DNA from: Candidatus Sulfomarinibacteraceae bacterium
Lineage (GTDB): Bacteria > Acidobacteriota > Thermoanaerobaculia > Thermoanaerobaculales > Sulfomarinibacteraceae
NCBI GenBank assembly: GCA_963796455.1
Contig: CAWCLO010000001.1
Coordinates: forward strand, 1,184,001 to 1,248,000
Reading direction: 5' to 3'
DNA length: 64,000 nt
The notes under the pieces are model-generated. The model was not told the origin of the DNA. It did not search any database and saw nothing but the letters and a program-made list of their open reading frames with translations. This document shows, in pieces, positions 1 through 10,664 of the stretch. A program made the position numbers and the translations under genes. Position 1 is the stretch's first letter, and each line of letters begins with the position of its first letter.

Positions 1-260
1 TCGTCGTATTCACCACTCTCGAGATCGACAACCCGGGGAACGATATTGCCCTGAAAGAGGAGTTCGATCTCCTCGGGTGAGGCAGACTGCCCCGGTTCCA
101 ACAAACCGGCCACTACCAGGACCTGGGTCTGGCGATCAAGGACCTTGTTCCGATCCTGACGAGCCCTGAGACCCACGGCTGAGGTCGAAACCACGATCGA
201 ACACACCAGACAGACCGCGGTCGCGAAGCCGATGATATACGCGTTACTGTACGACCGCAT
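1..260 (-). CDS. nqrC: Na+-translocating NADH:quinone reductase subunit C (5' part, runs off the window)
   Basis: Hand translation from the ATG at 260 gives [44 protein letters not shown]..., a typical NqrC N-terminal TM helix. Overlaps the end of nqrB. Not in the ORF track. Confidence 0.85.
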   Translation of the reverse strand, partial: MRSYSNAYIIGFATAVCLVCSIVVSTSAVGLRARQDRNKVLDRQTQVLVVAGLLEPGQSASPEEIELLFQGNIVPRVVDLESGEYD

Positions 261-1476
261 TGCGCGCTAACCTCCGTTTGATATTCGCCTGCACGAAGAA
301 ATGGTCGATGAACGGGGCAAACATATTCATGAAGAGAATCGCCAGCATCATCCCCTCGGGATAGGCCGGATTGACCACCCGCACCAGAACCACCATCACC
401 CCGATGCCAAAGCCGTAAATCAGTTTGCCCTTTTCGGTGAATGCCGACGACACCGGGTCGGTGGCCATGAAAACGGCACCAAAGGCCCATCCGCCAAGCA
501 CGATGTGCCACAGGAAGGGGACGCCGAAGAAGGGGTTGGTGTCCGAACCGATGCCGTTGAGAAGCACGCTCGTCAGCAACGTGCCGACGGTGACGCCAAG
601 CATGGTCCGCCACGAGCCGATCTGCGTCACGATGAGAATTGCCGCACCCAGAAAACACAGTGCCGCCGAGGTCTCGCCCATGGAACCCGGTACGAAGCCC
701 AGGAACGAGTCCCACCAGAGACTGTTTCCGACCTCTCCCAGCGCCGCGGTTCCATCCGCGGCCGCCCGCGACAACCACGTCGCACCCGAAAAACCATCGA
801 CCCCGGCGAAATCGGCCGCGATCCACGGTTTGTCACCCGATATCTCCGCCGGATAGGCAAAGAAAAGAAAGGCCCGGGCGGTCAGCGCCGGGTTGAGCAC
901 GTTCATGCCGGTGCCGCCGAAGATCTCCTTGCCGATGAGCACCCCGAAGATCGCACCTGTCGCGACCTGCCACAGGGGAATGGTCGGTGGCAGCGTCAAA
1001 GGCAGAAGAAAACCGGTGACGAAGAATCCCTCGTTGACCTCGTGCCCGCGGACACAGGCAAAGATCACCTCGACCGTGCCGCCGGCAGCGAAGGTGACCA
1101 CAATCACCGGAATGAAATACAGAGCACCATAGACGAAACAGGACCAGAAGCCTCCCTCGAAACCGAACCCAAGGGCCTGGAAAAGCGCGGTCTGCCAGTT
1201 CTCGAGGGGTTGAGCGCCCGCCCCGATCGCCCGGAAGGCCTGCATCCCCGTGTTGTACATCGCAAAGAAAACAATCGGCATCAACGCGAACACCACTACC
1301 GACATCATCCGTTTGAGATCGAGCGCCTCACGGACGTGGGTCGATCCGGTGGTGACCTTGCCGGGGGTGAAGAAGATCGTATCGACCGCCTCAAAAAGCG
1401 GATACAGGTGATCGAGCTTTCCACCGGACTGGAATCGATCCCTCTGGGAGTCGAGAATTCGGCGAAGAATACGCAT
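244..1476 (-). CDS. nqrB: Na+-NQR subunit B
   Basis: Motifs [25 protein letters not shown] (FMN-Thr), [33 protein letters not shown] overlap with the nqrA stop. Confidence 0.95.
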   Translation of the reverse strand: MRILRRILDSQRDRFQSGGKLDHLYPLFEAVDTIFFTPGKVTTGSTHVREALDLKRMMSVVVFALMPIVFFAMYNTGMQAFRAIGAGAQPLENWQTALFQALGFGFEGGFWSCFVYGALYFIPVIVVTFAAGGTVEVIFACVRGHEVNEGFFVTGFLLPLTLPPTIPLWQVATGAIFGVLIGKEIFGGTGMNVLNPALTARAFLFFAYPAEISGDKPWIAADFAGVDGFSGATWLSRAAADGTAALGEVGNSLWWDSFLGFVPGSMGETSAALCFLGAAILIVTQIGSWRTMLGVTVGTLLTSVLLNGIGSDTNPFFGVPFLWHIVLGGWAFGAVFMATDPVSSAFTEKGKLIYGFGIGVMVVLVRVVNPAYPEGMMLAILFMNMFAPFIDHFFVQANIKRRLARNAVVQ

Positions 1477-2858
1477 CACCCCTCCTTCCAGATCTCTGAA
1501 AGGGTTCGACGCAAGGCCGGAGCGTAGTCCTCCTTGCCAGGGCTCACAAAGGAGCAGAGGGCGAGATCTTCTTCATCGAGTTCCAGGCACCCGAGCGCCT
1601 CAGCGCGTTCGAGATCATTCATCAACAGCGCCCGCAACAAAAAGGTCGGCATGATATCCAGCGGCATGACTTTTTCAAAGAGCCCGATCGGAACCATGGC
1701 TCGGTGGCCACCCTGGGAGCTGGTCGTGAAATCGTATTTTGTCGAGGACCCGCGCAGACTCGAGAGATAGGCGCGGGTCGTCGTGAACAGATCGGAACCG
1801 GGCCATATCCAGCCGAGGAAGCGGCGCCGGTGGTCCTCTGCCAGGCAGGTCAGTTGATTGGAGTAGCGGCCGAGGTAACCCTCGATCTCCCCCATCGCCC
1901 ACCGGCCGTAAAGCACCGATCCCGAGACGATCCTCGGTTCGCCCGGAAAAAGCTCGCGGCCGACGAGGGGCAGGGTCTCGGCCCCGAGCCGCGTGGTGAT
2001 CAGACGTGGCTTTTGAACCAATGGGCCGCAAATGGCGATCACTCGTTCGACCGGCAAGCGGCCGGTGGCCACGAGCTGGCCGATAGCCACCACATCCTGA
2101 TAACCGACATACCAGACTTTTTTCCTGCGATGGACCGGATCCAGTATGTGGATATGGGTTCCGACCAGCCCGGCTGGATGCTTGCCGTGAAAATCTTCAA
2201 CCTGGACCCGATCAACGCCCCCAGCATCGAGAGTCGACCCGGGGCCACGACAGAGAAAGACCTTGCCTTCGGTCAACTTCGCTACCGCCGCCAGGCCGCG
2301 TTGAAACCCATCGCGGTCTTCTTCGAGAACCACATCAGGATTGGGGGCGAGGGGATTGGTATCGGTGGCTGTGACAAAAATCGAGTGGCAACTCTCACTC
2401 GGTGACGGGACATTCGAGAAGGGTCGACTGCGGATCGCCGTCCACAACCCGGACTCCACCAGCAGATCGCGCACATCATGCCCGCTCAGATCTGCGATAC
2501 CCCGGCCGCTGTAGCTCTCGAAACTCTGGAGGTCGGACTCGGTGGGCCGGCCCTCGGCTTCGCTCGAGCTCAGCTCGATCACCACGGATTGAAAGGCCCT
2601 CCGCATGCCGCGATTGACGGCCGAGACCGTTCCAGCGCCCGGCGCCGTAAATCGCACCCCTTCGATCTTTCGATCCTCGAATAACAATTGACCCCTGGTG
2701 ACCGCATCGCCCACCTGGACGTGCATCCTCGGCTTCATAAAGGGATAGTCGTGTGCGAGGATCGCCACCTTTTCGACCTTTGGACCCGGATGCACACGCT
2801 GTTCCGGTGCCCCCGTGATCGGGAGGTCGAGGCCCTTTTTGATGACGTGAACTGCCAT
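1476..2858 (-). CDS. nqrA: Na+-NQR subunit A
   Basis: [14 protein letters not shown]-terminus, [33 protein letters not shown]; first gene of nqrABC. Confidence 0.95.
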   Translation of the reverse strand: MAVHVIKKGLDLPITGAPEQRVHPGPKVEKVAILAHDYPFMKPRMHVQVGDAVTRGQLLFEDRKIEGVRFTAPGAGTVSAVNRGMRRAFQSVVIELSSSEAEGRPTESDLQSFESYSGRGIADLSGHDVRDLLVESGLWTAIRSRPFSNVPSPSESCHSIFVTATDTNPLAPNPDVVLEEDRDGFQRGLAAVAKLTEGKVFLCRGPGSTLDAGGVDRVQVEDFHGKHPAGLVGTHIHILDPVHRRKKVWYVGYQDVVAIGQLVATGRLPVERVIAICGPLVQKPRLITTRLGAETLPLVGRELFPGEPRIVSGSVLYGRWAMGEIEGYLGRYSNQLTCLAEDHRRRFLGWIWPGSDLFTTTRAYLSSLRGSSTKYDFTTSSQGGHRAMVPIGLFEKVMPLDIMPTFLLRALLMNDLERAEALGCLELDEEDLALCSFVSPGKEDYAPALRRTLSEIWKEG

Positions 2859-3018
2859 TGTTGCCCTTTTCCGCTCGTCGCGAAGGATCTTTCGCAGACG
2901 GGCGCACAGAGGATAACAAGTTCATGGCGGTTGGGAAATCCCAAAACCGGATATCTTCCCGCCGATGGCGGTGTTAAGCTGTCAAAAATCGCTCGTGACG
3001 AGGGAGGAGGACACGCCG

Positions 3019-3549
3019 ATGGCGAAAACTCCAATAGTCCGTGACACGATGAAGAAAGCGGCACGAACCTTCACGCAGGAAGATGATATGGCCGACTGCA
3101 TGAGCGCCTTGGCACGCTCGTCATTTGCCGCCGTCCCGGTCGTCGATCGTCAGGGTCAGGTGGTCGGCATGCTCACCGAGAAGGACGTGCTCCGGACCAT
3201 CATCGAGTGGGCCTATGACGAACGGGCCGGCGGCAATGTCGGTGACTACATGTCGGATCTCGATGTGATGGTGTCACCTGAGATGGATCTGCTGACCGCC
3301 GCTCGCGCATTCATGGAGTGCAACTTCTCCTGTCTGCCGGTTCTGAAGGGCGATTCGCTGGTCGGACGACTCACCCGCCACGACTGCCTCAAGGCAATCG
3401 AAAAGTGGGCGACGGAGATCAACAAGGAGCGGGCCAAACGGATGAAATCATCCTCGGGCCACGATCGTCCCTCAGCCATGGGAGAGATCCAAAAGGTCGC
3501 GGCCTCCCACACCCGGAAGCAGCTCACACAGATATTCCGCAAGCACTGA
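3019..3549 (+). CDS. CBS-domain pair protein
   Basis: VPVVDRQGQVVGMLTEKDVL and LPVLKGDSLVGRLTRHD CBS motifs; GGAGG SD before ATG 3019. Confidence 0.8.
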   Translation: MAKTPIVRDTMKKAARTFTQEDDMADCMSALARSSFAAVPVVDRQGQVVGMLTEKDVLRTIIEWAYDERAGGNVGDYMSDLDVMVSPEMDLLTAARAFMECNFSCLPVLKGDSLVGRLTRHDCLKAIEKWATEINKERAKRMKSSSGHDRPSAMGEIQKVAASHTRKQLTQIFRKH

Positions 3550-3665
3550 TCAAATCGGTGTGCCCGATGGGGGCTGTACACAGAACATCCGCTGCGGACG
3601 GATTTGATCCCGGGGGATGACAACCCGAGAGGCATGTCGATCGTCGAAGATGCAGGAGGTCGACG

Positions 3666-4205
3666 ATGCCACTCATGATTCGCCTGGTCGCGGCCATTAT
3701 TCTCGCGGCAATCTCGCTCTCGTGCTCGAGCATGTCCGTGCGCGCGGATCATGATTCCGAAGTGGATTTCTCGAAGTACTCTTCGTTTGCCCTCTTCGAA
3801 CGTCCCGGCAAGGAGCGGCGGCGACCACAGATGAGCGAATTGGTGGACCGCAGGATCGCGACCGCCATGAAAACGGAGCTGCAGGGCAAGGGTTTCGAGA
3901 CCGCCCAGCCGCACGATGCCGACTTTCTGATCACCTTCCACACGGCCGTTCGGCAACGGGTGGTGGTCAACCGTTCGGGCTGGTACGGGTGGGGCCGGTG
4001 GGGACGATGGGGCTGGGGTGGCGGCGCCACCCGGGTGGGCAGCTACCCGGAAGGAAGTCTGGTCATCGACATCATCGACCGCCGCCGCCGCGAGCTGGTA
4101 TGGCGAGGCGTCGGCGAAGGAGCCTTTTCGAAGATGAACCCGTCCGACGACAAGGTCGCCAAACGAGTCGCCAGGATAATGCGCGACTTCCCGCCTGCTG
4201 AGTGA
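3666..4205 (+). CDS. DUF4136-like lipoprotein
   Basis: Lipobox-like SLSC, DFSKYSSF, EGSLVIDIIDRRRRELVWRG; AGGAGG SD. Confidence 0.75.
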   Translation: MPLMIRLVAAIILAAISLSCSSMSVRADHDSEVDFSKYSSFALFERPGKERRRPQMSELVDRRIATAMKTELQGKGFETAQPHDADFLITFHTAVRQRVVVNRSGWYGWGRWGRWGWGGGATRVGSYPEGSLVIDIIDRRRRELVWRGVGEGAFSKMNPSDDKVAKRVARIMRDFPPAE

Positions 4206-4269
4206 GGGCCTCGCTCATGCGGTGAGAACGAAAGGGAGATAGGGAGAACGCCAGTTCACCCTATCCGCC

Positions 4270-4355
4270 CCCGATCCCGTTCCCGAAAGGGAGCAACATA
4301 CTGGAAGCCGTGCTCGTGACAAGAAACAGGATCTCCCCTGCCCCCCTGCTCCCTT
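4270..4355 (+). repeat. Degenerate copy of the CCCGATCCCGTTCCCGAAAGGGAG / anchor / CCYCTGCY module
   Basis: Colinear with 43218-43340 (cccgatcccgttcccgaaagggag...ggaagc...gtgacaag...gatct cccctgcc cccctgct). Confidence 0.6.
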
Positions 4356-4378
4356 TCACCGTTTCTGCTCGATGAAGG

Positions 4379-6343
4379 TCAGCCTGCAGCTTCCTCCAAC
4401 TGGGCCGGCAGAATCTCCGAACCGTACTTCGCCTTGAGTTCCTCGAGGCCGGCGCGCTGCTCCTTGTAAACCTCGAAGAGCTCGGCCGGGACATTGTCCT
4501 CCTTGCCGTAGGCCTCGTTCTGGAGATCGATTCGAGCAATGATCTTGTCCACATACAGGCAAAACTGCATGTCGTAGAGGTCGCGCGGGTAATCCTTCTG
4601 GATCAGATCAGCAAAAAGTTTTTTCAGGTCTTCATACTTGGGGAGGAACCCGATCGGCGTCTCGATGGCGTCAACCTCGTTGAAGCTTCGTCGCTCGAGC
4701 CAACTCAGCCACACCTTGACGTCGCGTTTCTCACCCAGCAGGCGAGTTCCCTCGCCGCCGCGCGCACCCGCGGTCAGAAAGTAGTTGAGGCCGGCCATGA
4801 TCGGTTTGTCGCTGAGATCGTCCGAGTTGAAGAATTCGAACTGAGCGCTCATGTAGTCGGCGAGGGCCCCCGGAATGAATGGCGCGTTGGCCCATGGCTG
4901 CCGACGCACACCGGTCACGCCAACCTCAGTCGCGGTCGAGGCCGACACGATCGATGCCCCGATGGTCACTCCGTGATCCGGGTTCTTTGCCACCCAGATC
5001 GGCGGCATGGTGTCGCTGTCGCGGCCGGAGTAGGTGATGACCTTGACATGCACACCCCTGGGATCCTCGGCGGCCTCCAGATCGTAGTTGCCGATCGCCT
5101 CGTTGGGTACCGTCGCACGCGCATTGGGATGGGAAATGGGGATCGGCTTGCCGTTGGCGTCGGTCTTGCCTTGCCACCATTCGCCCTGGAAGTTCCGCCC
5201 CTTTTCGGAGTGCTCCTCACCGCTGCCGACCCAATGCGGCACCAGGTCGTCGCCGATCAGAACGTTCGAGAAGATGACCTCGGTGCCTTCCTCACGGAGA
5301 CACTTCATCAGATAAGGATCTCCCTCACGGTTGACGTCCTCGACAATACCGAAGATTCCCTTTTCGGGATTGACCGCGCGCATCGTGCCATCGTCGGCAA
5401 TCCACATCTGGGCCAGATCGTCACCGACGAAGCGGTCGCCGGCCATCGCCGTGGTGGTCTTGCCGCAACCGCTCGGGGCGGCGCCGCAGAAATAGCTCTG
5501 GCGTCCTCCAGGACCGTCAAAGCCGGTGATGAACATGTGCTCGGAAAGCTGTTTGCCGCGATGGAAGTAGGTTGCGAGATCGACCGCAAAGCGATGGTTG
5601 CCCTTCTTCATCAGGAGGGTATTGCCCGCATAGGTGCAGAACATCGAATAGGTCGTCAGCCATGAACGGTCCATGAACACCCGGGCATTGGGCAGGTCCT
5701 CCGCCCGCCACGGGCCCTCTGAATGGAGATTCGTGAAGAAAAAGCCGGTGGCCTTCACTTCCTGATCAAAGGTATTGAAGGAATTCCGATAAAGCAGGTT
5801 GGCGCTGTGCATGACGTATGTCGAGCTTGTGATCTCCAAAGCCGGAATGGTTGCGGGGGCGCCCGCAGGACCGCGGTTGAAGAATCCCACCAGCATCGTC
5901 TTGCCCTTCATCACGCCTTTAAGGTGGGTCTCGACGTAGGTGTGGCCCTCGTCTCTGAGGATCTTCTTCGCCAACACGCTGATTTTTTCATCCGGGTTGA
6001 CGATATAAAAGGTCCGATCCACGATTCGCGCCTGCTCTTCGGGCAGATCGAAGTGAATGGTGTGGTCCTTCATCGCCAGCGGCTGTTCTTCACCCTTTTC
6101 GATGCTCATCCGGCGGATGGCCAGCACGTCAGCTTCGCTGCCGCTGTTGATCATCACACTGTCCGGGTCGCACAATGAAATGGAATTGGCGATCTTGAGG
6201 AGGGCATCCTCGGTTGTGATCTTCTCGAGCTTTGCAAGCTCGCCGTCGCTCATCTTTTTCCGGAACAGGGCCTTCGCCCCATCCATGTCCGCGATACCGC
6301 CGAGGTCGCCCAGAATCTCAGTACCCTTTTTGAGCTCAAGCAT
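4379..6343 (-). CDS. pckG: Phosphoenolpyruvate carboxykinase (GTP)
   Basis: YAGNTLLMKK, LSEHMFI, GAAPSGCGKTTTAM P-loop, VGDDLA, AVNPEKGIFG, SHPNARAT. Start set at MLELKKG (ATG 6343) after GGAGGTG. Confidence 0.9.
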   Translation of the reverse strand: MLELKKGTEILGDLGGIADMDGAKALFRKKMSDGELAKLEKITTEDALLKIANSISLCDPDSVMINSGSEADVLAIRRMSIEKGEEQPLAMKDHTIHFDLPEEQARIVDRTFYIVNPDEKISVLAKKILRDEGHTYVETHLKGVMKGKTMLVGFFNRGPAGAPATIPALEITSSTYVMHSANLLYRNSFNTFDQEVKATGFFFTNLHSEGPWRAEDLPNARVFMDRSWLTTYSMFCTYAGNTLLMKKGNHRFAVDLATYFHRGKQLSEHMFITGFDGPGGRQSYFCGAAPSGCGKTTTAMAGDRFVGDDLAQMWIADDGTMRAVNPEKGIFGIVEDVNREGDPYLMKCLREEGTEVIFSNVLIGDDLVPHWVGSGEEHSEKGRNFQGEWWQGKTDANGKPIPISHPNARATVPNEAIGNYDLEAAEDPRGVHVKVITYSGRDSDTMPPIWVAKNPDHGVTIGASIVSASTATEVGVTGVRRQPWANAPFIPGALADYMSAQFEFFNSDDLSDKPIMAGLNYFLTAGARGGEGTRLLGEKRDVKVWLSWLERRSFNEVDAIETPIGFLPKYEDLKKLFADLIQKDYPRDLYDMQFCLYVDKIIARIDLQNEAYGKEDNVPAELFEVYKEQRAGLEELKAKYGSEILPAQLEEAAG

Positions 6344-6440
6344 CAGCCTCACCTCCGTGTGCCTTTTTCGTTTCGGTTTTTTCAGATCCCATGACCATCG
6401 TGGCGGGATTATAGCGCGGTCCGGCGGAGGTGAGACGGTG

Positions 6441-6501
6441 AAAGGGAGAAGGGGAGAAAGGGAGAACGCGCAACACGATGCTCGATACTGGATGCTGGAT
6501 T
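6441..6501 (+). repeat. AAAGGGAGA 9-mers followed by the GAGAACGC..ACACGATGCTCGATACT.GATGCTGGAT module
   Basis: Same junction at 55792-55864 and, inverted, at about 21697-21757. Confidence 0.8.
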
Positions 6502-6620
6502 CCGAACCAGGACGACAGATGGCACCGGGGGTGGATGGGCAAAGCACTGCTCGGCATCCTCGCTATCGCTATCGAACGGCTGTTGTGGAAACCTTTCCTG
6601 AATCGGAATGTCGCCTCCTG

Positions 6621-6741
6621 ATGTCATCCTGAGCGGAGCCCCCACCTGGGCGTAGTCGAAGGATCTATGAGACGGACCGCGACCCCCGTCAGCCGCAGAT
6701 CCTTCGACTGCGCGCCAAAGGCGCTTCGCTCAGGATGACAT
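6621..6741. repeat. REP/MITE-like palindromic element, copy 1
   Basis: Terminal IR ATGTCATCCTGAGCG/CGCTCAGGATGACAT with inner IR AGTCGAAGGATCT/AGATCCTTCGACT. Confidence 0.9.
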
Positions 6742-6930
6742 ATTGAAAAGGCCCACCGATTCAGTTTCGGATGAGACGAAAGGAGAACGAGCGTCGACAA
6801 CGGAGAAGGGCAGACGTAACGATCGCTCTCTGCTCTCGGAATCGCTATCGCTCATCGCACGGCTGCGGTGGATACTGCTCCTGCATGGGAGAAAGCGGCA
6901 AGGGTACCGTACCTGCTGCTCGTTCGTGCT

Positions 6931-7074
6931 CCTCTGCTCCTCTGCTCCTCTGCTCCTCTGCTCCTCTGCTCCTCTGCTCCTCTGCTCCTCTGCTCCTCTG
7001 CTCCTCTGCTCCTCTGCTCCTCTGCTCCTCTGCTCCTCTGCTCCTCTGCTCCTCTGCTCCTCTGCTCCTCTGCT
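6931..7074 (+). repeat. Tandem array (CCTCTGCT)x18
   Basis: 144 nt of perfect 8-mers, counted directly. Confidence 0.97.
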
Positions 7075-7086
7075 ACGATCCCCTCG

Positions 7087-7827
7087 ATGGACACCTGGAT
7101 CCTTCCCCTCCTGGCTGTGGCCGGCGTCGCAGTCGGGTTTCTCAACGTGACGGCAGGGGGCGGCTCGCTCATTTCGATGCCGCTCCTGATCTTCTTCGGT
7201 CTCGAACCGGCCATGGCCAACGGCACCAACCGGGTCGCCATCCTGATCCAGAACATCACGGCGGTCTCGAGCTTCAAGAATCTCGGTTACGCCGAGTGGC
7301 GACTCAGCCTGGGTCTCGCGCTGTGTACCATTCCCGGTGCCGTGGCCGGCGCATTCGCCGCGATCGTTGTGGATCCAGAGCTCTTCAAACGAATTCTCGG
7401 TATTGTTCTGGTCGCCTCGGTCATCCTCATTCTGAGAAAAAAATCGCTCTCCGGAAATGAAGGAGAACGCAAGGCTCATCCACTTCAGGCACATCTCGCG
7501 ATGGTTGCTGTCGGTTTTTATGGAGGTTTCATCCAGGCCGGGGTCGGCTTCATTATCATGCCGGTGCTCTACGGTCTGCTCAACCTCGACCTGGTCAGGG
7601 TCAACATGCACAAAGTCTTCATCATCGGCATCTATACCATCCCCGCCCTGATCGTCTTTGCAGCCAAGGGCCAGGTGTGGTGGGTCGGCGGAGCGGCCCT
7701 TGCCGTCGGCAATGCCTTCGGAGCGTGGATCGCCACTCGTGTCACCGTTTCCCGGGGTGAAAAAGTCATCCGAGTGGTATTCATCGCGTCCGCCATCACG
7801 ATGGGTATCAAATTGATCTTGAGTTAG
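7087..7827 (+). CDS. TauE/SafE (TSUP) family membrane transporter
   Basis: GFLNVTAGGGSLISMP, ANGTNRVAIL, GFYGGFIQAGVG. Start set after the repeat array. Confidence 0.85.
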   Translation: MDTWILPLLAVAGVAVGFLNVTAGGGSLISMPLLIFFGLEPAMANGTNRVAILIQNITAVSSFKNLGYAEWRLSLGLALCTIPGAVAGAFAAIVVDPELFKRILGIVLVASVILILRKKSLSGNEGERKAHPLQAHLAMVAVGFYGGFIQAGVGFIIMPVLYGLLNLDLVRVNMHKVFIIGIYTIPALIVFAAKGQVWWVGGAALAVGNAFGAWIATRVTVSRGEKVIRVVFIASAITMGIKLILS

Positions 7828-7920
7828 CATCAAGCCACAAGCAAAAAATATGCGACCCCATCGAAGTGAAACCCTGTATGATGTCCCCCGGCGGTCGCCC
7901 AGCCGATCTGGAGGTGGAGT

Positions 7921-9087
7921 GTGAATCCCCGTTGTGTTACAGCCAAAGTCCTACTCACAGCCCTGGCTGTTGTCGGGCTCTCAGCATGCGGATCCGAACC
8001 CGTAGTGGGCATCCTGCTCCCGACGACCGGTTCAGCCAGTCCATACGGCGAGTCGATGAAGAACGGCATTGATCTCGCCCTTGATCTGGAAAAAGAAAAT
8101 CTCCCCGCAGGTTTCACCGTGTTGTGGGGCGATACCTCCTCGGAACCCGAGACCGGCGCGGCCGAGCTCCGCCGCCTCGCCGGTGAGGGCGCCGTGCTTT
8201 TTGTCGCGGGAACAACCAGTGACACCGCGGAAGCCCTGCTGCCTGTGCTTGAAGAAACCGACACCATCGCATTGACTCCATCGGCATCGGCACCGAATCT
8301 GACCAAGGATTCGCGTCGCTTTTTCAGGGTCTTTTCTTCAGACGAGCTCGAGGGCCGCCGGGCGGGTCGTTTCATCTACGACGACCAGGATCGAGGTTCG
8401 GTCCTGATTTATGCCGAGGACTCCGCTCAGGCGCATGGTATCGAGCCGCCATTCAGGCTGGTCTATGAGCAGGCCATGGGTGGCGAAGTGATCGGTCGAG
8501 TCGTGGTCGGGGACGGCGACTGGGAACAGGAATCGGTGGATCTGCTGACCTCCGGGGCCCCTGAAGCGGTCTATGTGATCGGCTATGGAGCGTCGACAAT
8601 CAAGGTTCTCCGTCATCTGCGCGAGAAGGGCTACGACGGTCTTATCTGCGCCACGTCGGCGTTCTATACGGGCGAGATCATCGAACAGAACCCCGAGCTG
8701 GTTGAGGGAGTTTTCTTTCCGCAGCCGGCATTTGACAGCAAGTCCGAGAGCCAGCTCGTGCAGGACTTCGTTACTTCCTATCGCCAGCGCTTCGGTAGCG
8801 AGCCGGACATCTATGCGGCGCACGCATACGACGCGATGAGAGTCGTGGTGTGGGTGGCCAAGGATGCCAAGGTTTTCACCCCGAACGATATTCGAAAGTC
8901 CCTCGCCTATGGCATCAAAGAGTTCTCCGGGGTCACCGGAATCATCCAGTTCAACGATTACGGCGATGTTCATCACAATCCGATCATGTTCATCGTCAGG
9001 GATGGCGAAGTGCTCAACTACGAGCGCTATGTCGAAGAAGAGAAGGCAAAGATCCGGGAGAGGATCAAGGACCTTCTCGCGGGCTGA
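7921..9087 (+). CDS. LivJ-like periplasmic substrate-binding lipoprotein
   Basis: Lipobox LSAC, GILLPTTGSASPYG, AAHAYDA, FSGVTGIIQFN. Confidence 0.8.
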   Translation: MNPRCVTAKVLLTALAVVGLSACGSEPVVGILLPTTGSASPYGESMKNGIDLALDLEKENLPAGFTVLWGDTSSEPETGAAELRRLAGEGAVLFVAGTTSDTAEALLPVLEETDTIALTPSASAPNLTKDSRRFFRVFSSDELEGRRAGRFIYDDQDRGSVLIYAEDSAQAHGIEPPFRLVYEQAMGGEVIGRVVVGDGDWEQESVDLLTSGAPEAVYVIGYGASTIKVLRHLREKGYDGLICATSAFYTGEIIEQNPELVEGVFFPQPAFDSKSESQLVQDFVTSYRQRFGSEPDIYAAHAYDAMRVVVWVAKDAKVFTPNDIRKSLAYGIKEFSGVTGIIQFNDYGDVHHNPIMFIVRDGEVLNYERYVEEEKAKIRERIKDLLAG

Positions 9088-9118
9088 CCGAGGCTGTCGG
9101 CGATCCGGGAGCTAGCTG

Positions 9119-10405
9119 GTGCGGGTTCGTCTCGAGTCCATCGGTTGCCGGCTCAACACCGGTGAGATCGAGGCCATGGCCCGTGGTCTGGCTTTCGCGG
9201 GCCACCGCGTCGTCGGCCCGGGTGAAACGGCCGAACTCTGCATCCTCAATACCTGCACCGTCACATCCATCGCCTCGAAGAAAAGCCGTCAGCTGATCCG
9301 CCAACTCCGGCGAGCCAACCCCGACGCAACTGTGGTGGTGACCGGGTGCGATTCCGAACTCGCGCCGGACCGCGCCCTTGATGCGGGTGTCGATCTGGTG
9401 GTTGGAAACGACGACAAGGATCGTTTGCTCGAAATCGTTGCCGACCGGGGCCTTCTCAGTGAGCCCGAACCCGATCTTGACGAATCCAAGCTCTTCAGCC
9501 CGGGACGGGAAACCCGAACCCGGGCATTTCTCAAAGTCCAGGATGGCTGCGATAACCGCTGCACCTTCTGCGTCACCACCATTGCGCGCGGCGCCGGGAG
9601 GAGCGTTTCTGCCGACCGGCTCGTCGAGGAGATTCGATCGCTGATCGAAACCGGATACCAAGAGGTCGTCTTGAGCGGAGTCCACCTCGGATCCTACGGC
9701 CACGATCTGGGGGACCGGCGGGGTCTCCAGAATCTTGTCTCCCACATTCTGAAGGAAACGGATGTCTCCCGCCTTCGACTGTCATCACTCGAACCATGGG
9801 ATCTGGACGCCGCGTTTTTCGAGATCTTCGGTGATCCTCGTCTAATGCCTCACCTCCACCTTCCGCTGCAGAGTGGTTGCGACGAAACCCTCAAAAGGAT
9901 GGCCCGCAAAACCAGTCGCGCCGAGTTTAGCGAGCTCATCGCCGATGCGCGACGCGCCATCGAACCCCTGGGCATTTCAACGGATCTCATTGTCGGGTTC
10001 CCGGGCGAGACCGATGACGAATTCGAGCAATCGATTGCTTTTGTCGAGGATGCGGGGTTTTCGAAACTGCATATCTTCCGCTACTCGAAGCGCGAAGGCA
10101 CACCCGCCGCACAGATGCGAGGTCATATCAACGGGGCCATCGCCGCGGAGCGCAGCCGGCGCATGCACGACCTCGGCGCCCGACTCGAAACTCGGTTCAA
10201 TACGGCGATGGTCGCTTCGGTCGCCGAGGTCCTGTGGGAGACAGCGGAAGACCTCGGTGATTCCCTGCGGTGGAGCGGCCTCACTCCGAACTATGTGAGG
10301 GTGGCCGCAACCACCGCGCCCGACACCGATCTGCTCAACACGGTGACGCCCACCGAAATCATCGAGGCGGTGCCGGGAGGAGTGGTCGGTAGAATCAGGA
10401 ATTAG
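9119..10405 (+). CDS. mtaB: tRNA methylthiotransferase, MtaB-like radical SAM
   Basis: IGCRLN, NTCTVT, KVQDGCDNRCTFC (CxxxCxxC), HLPLQSG, IVGFPGET, HIFRYSKREGT. Confidence 0.85.
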   Translation: MRVRLESIGCRLNTGEIEAMARGLAFAGHRVVGPGETAELCILNTCTVTSIASKKSRQLIRQLRRANPDATVVVTGCDSELAPDRALDAGVDLVVGNDDKDRLLEIVADRGLLSEPEPDLDESKLFSPGRETRTRAFLKVQDGCDNRCTFCVTTIARGAGRSVSADRLVEEIRSLIETGYQEVVLSGVHLGSYGHDLGDRRGLQNLVSHILKETDVSRLRLSSLEPWDLDAAFFEIFGDPRLMPHLHLPLQSGCDETLKRMARKTSRAEFSELIADARRAIEPLGISTDLIVGFPGETDDEFEQSIAFVEDAGFSKLHIFRYSKREGTPAAQMRGHINGAIAAERSRRMHDLGARLETRFNTAMVASVAEVLWETAEDLGDSLRWSGLTPNYVRVAATTAPDTDLLNTVTPTEIIEAVPGGVVGRIRN

Positions 10406-10476
10406 GACCTAGGAATTAGGAATTTCGGATTTCGGATTTCGGATTTCGGATTTCGGATTTCGGATTTCGGATTTCG
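10397..10476 (+). repeat. Heptamer arrays: about 3-4 AGGAATT-type units, then (ATTTCGG)x7
   Basis: Seen directly; the mtaB stop codon lies within the first units. Confidence 0.93.
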
Positions 10477-10549
10477 CCGAACATCCCAGGAGAAACCGCA
10501 GATCACGCAGATGACATGAGGCTGTGTTGGCCGTGGCACCACTGGCCGA

Positions 10550-10593
10550 ATGTCATCCTGAGCGAAGGAGCTTCGCGACCGAGTCGAAGGATC
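10550..10593 (+). repeat. Half copy of the REP-like element
   Basis: ATGTCATCCTGAGCG...AGTCGAAGGATC, with no right arm. Confidence 0.8.
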
Positions 10594-10664
10594 ACGCAGA
10601 TCAAAATTCGCTATGGGAATTGTTGTCGATGTGATGTCGCTCGAATAAAGCAGACCGACGGACT

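Noticed and set aside
301..1527. Long antisense ORFs (also 34728-36269, 37393-38958, 11987-13282, 28225-29568 and others)
   Set aside because: They are shadows of well-supported genes in high-GC DNA and show no recognisable motifs.
6931..7074. Tandem arrays as CRISPR
   Set aside because: Units are 6-9 nt and contiguous, with no unique spacers and no cas genes.
6730..7460. ORFs with APLLLCSS / RGAEEQRS repeats (also at 43191-43634, 44419-45104 and the N-extension of priA)
   Set aside because: They are translations of the stop-free 8-mer DNA array in all frames; the real genes start after the arrays.
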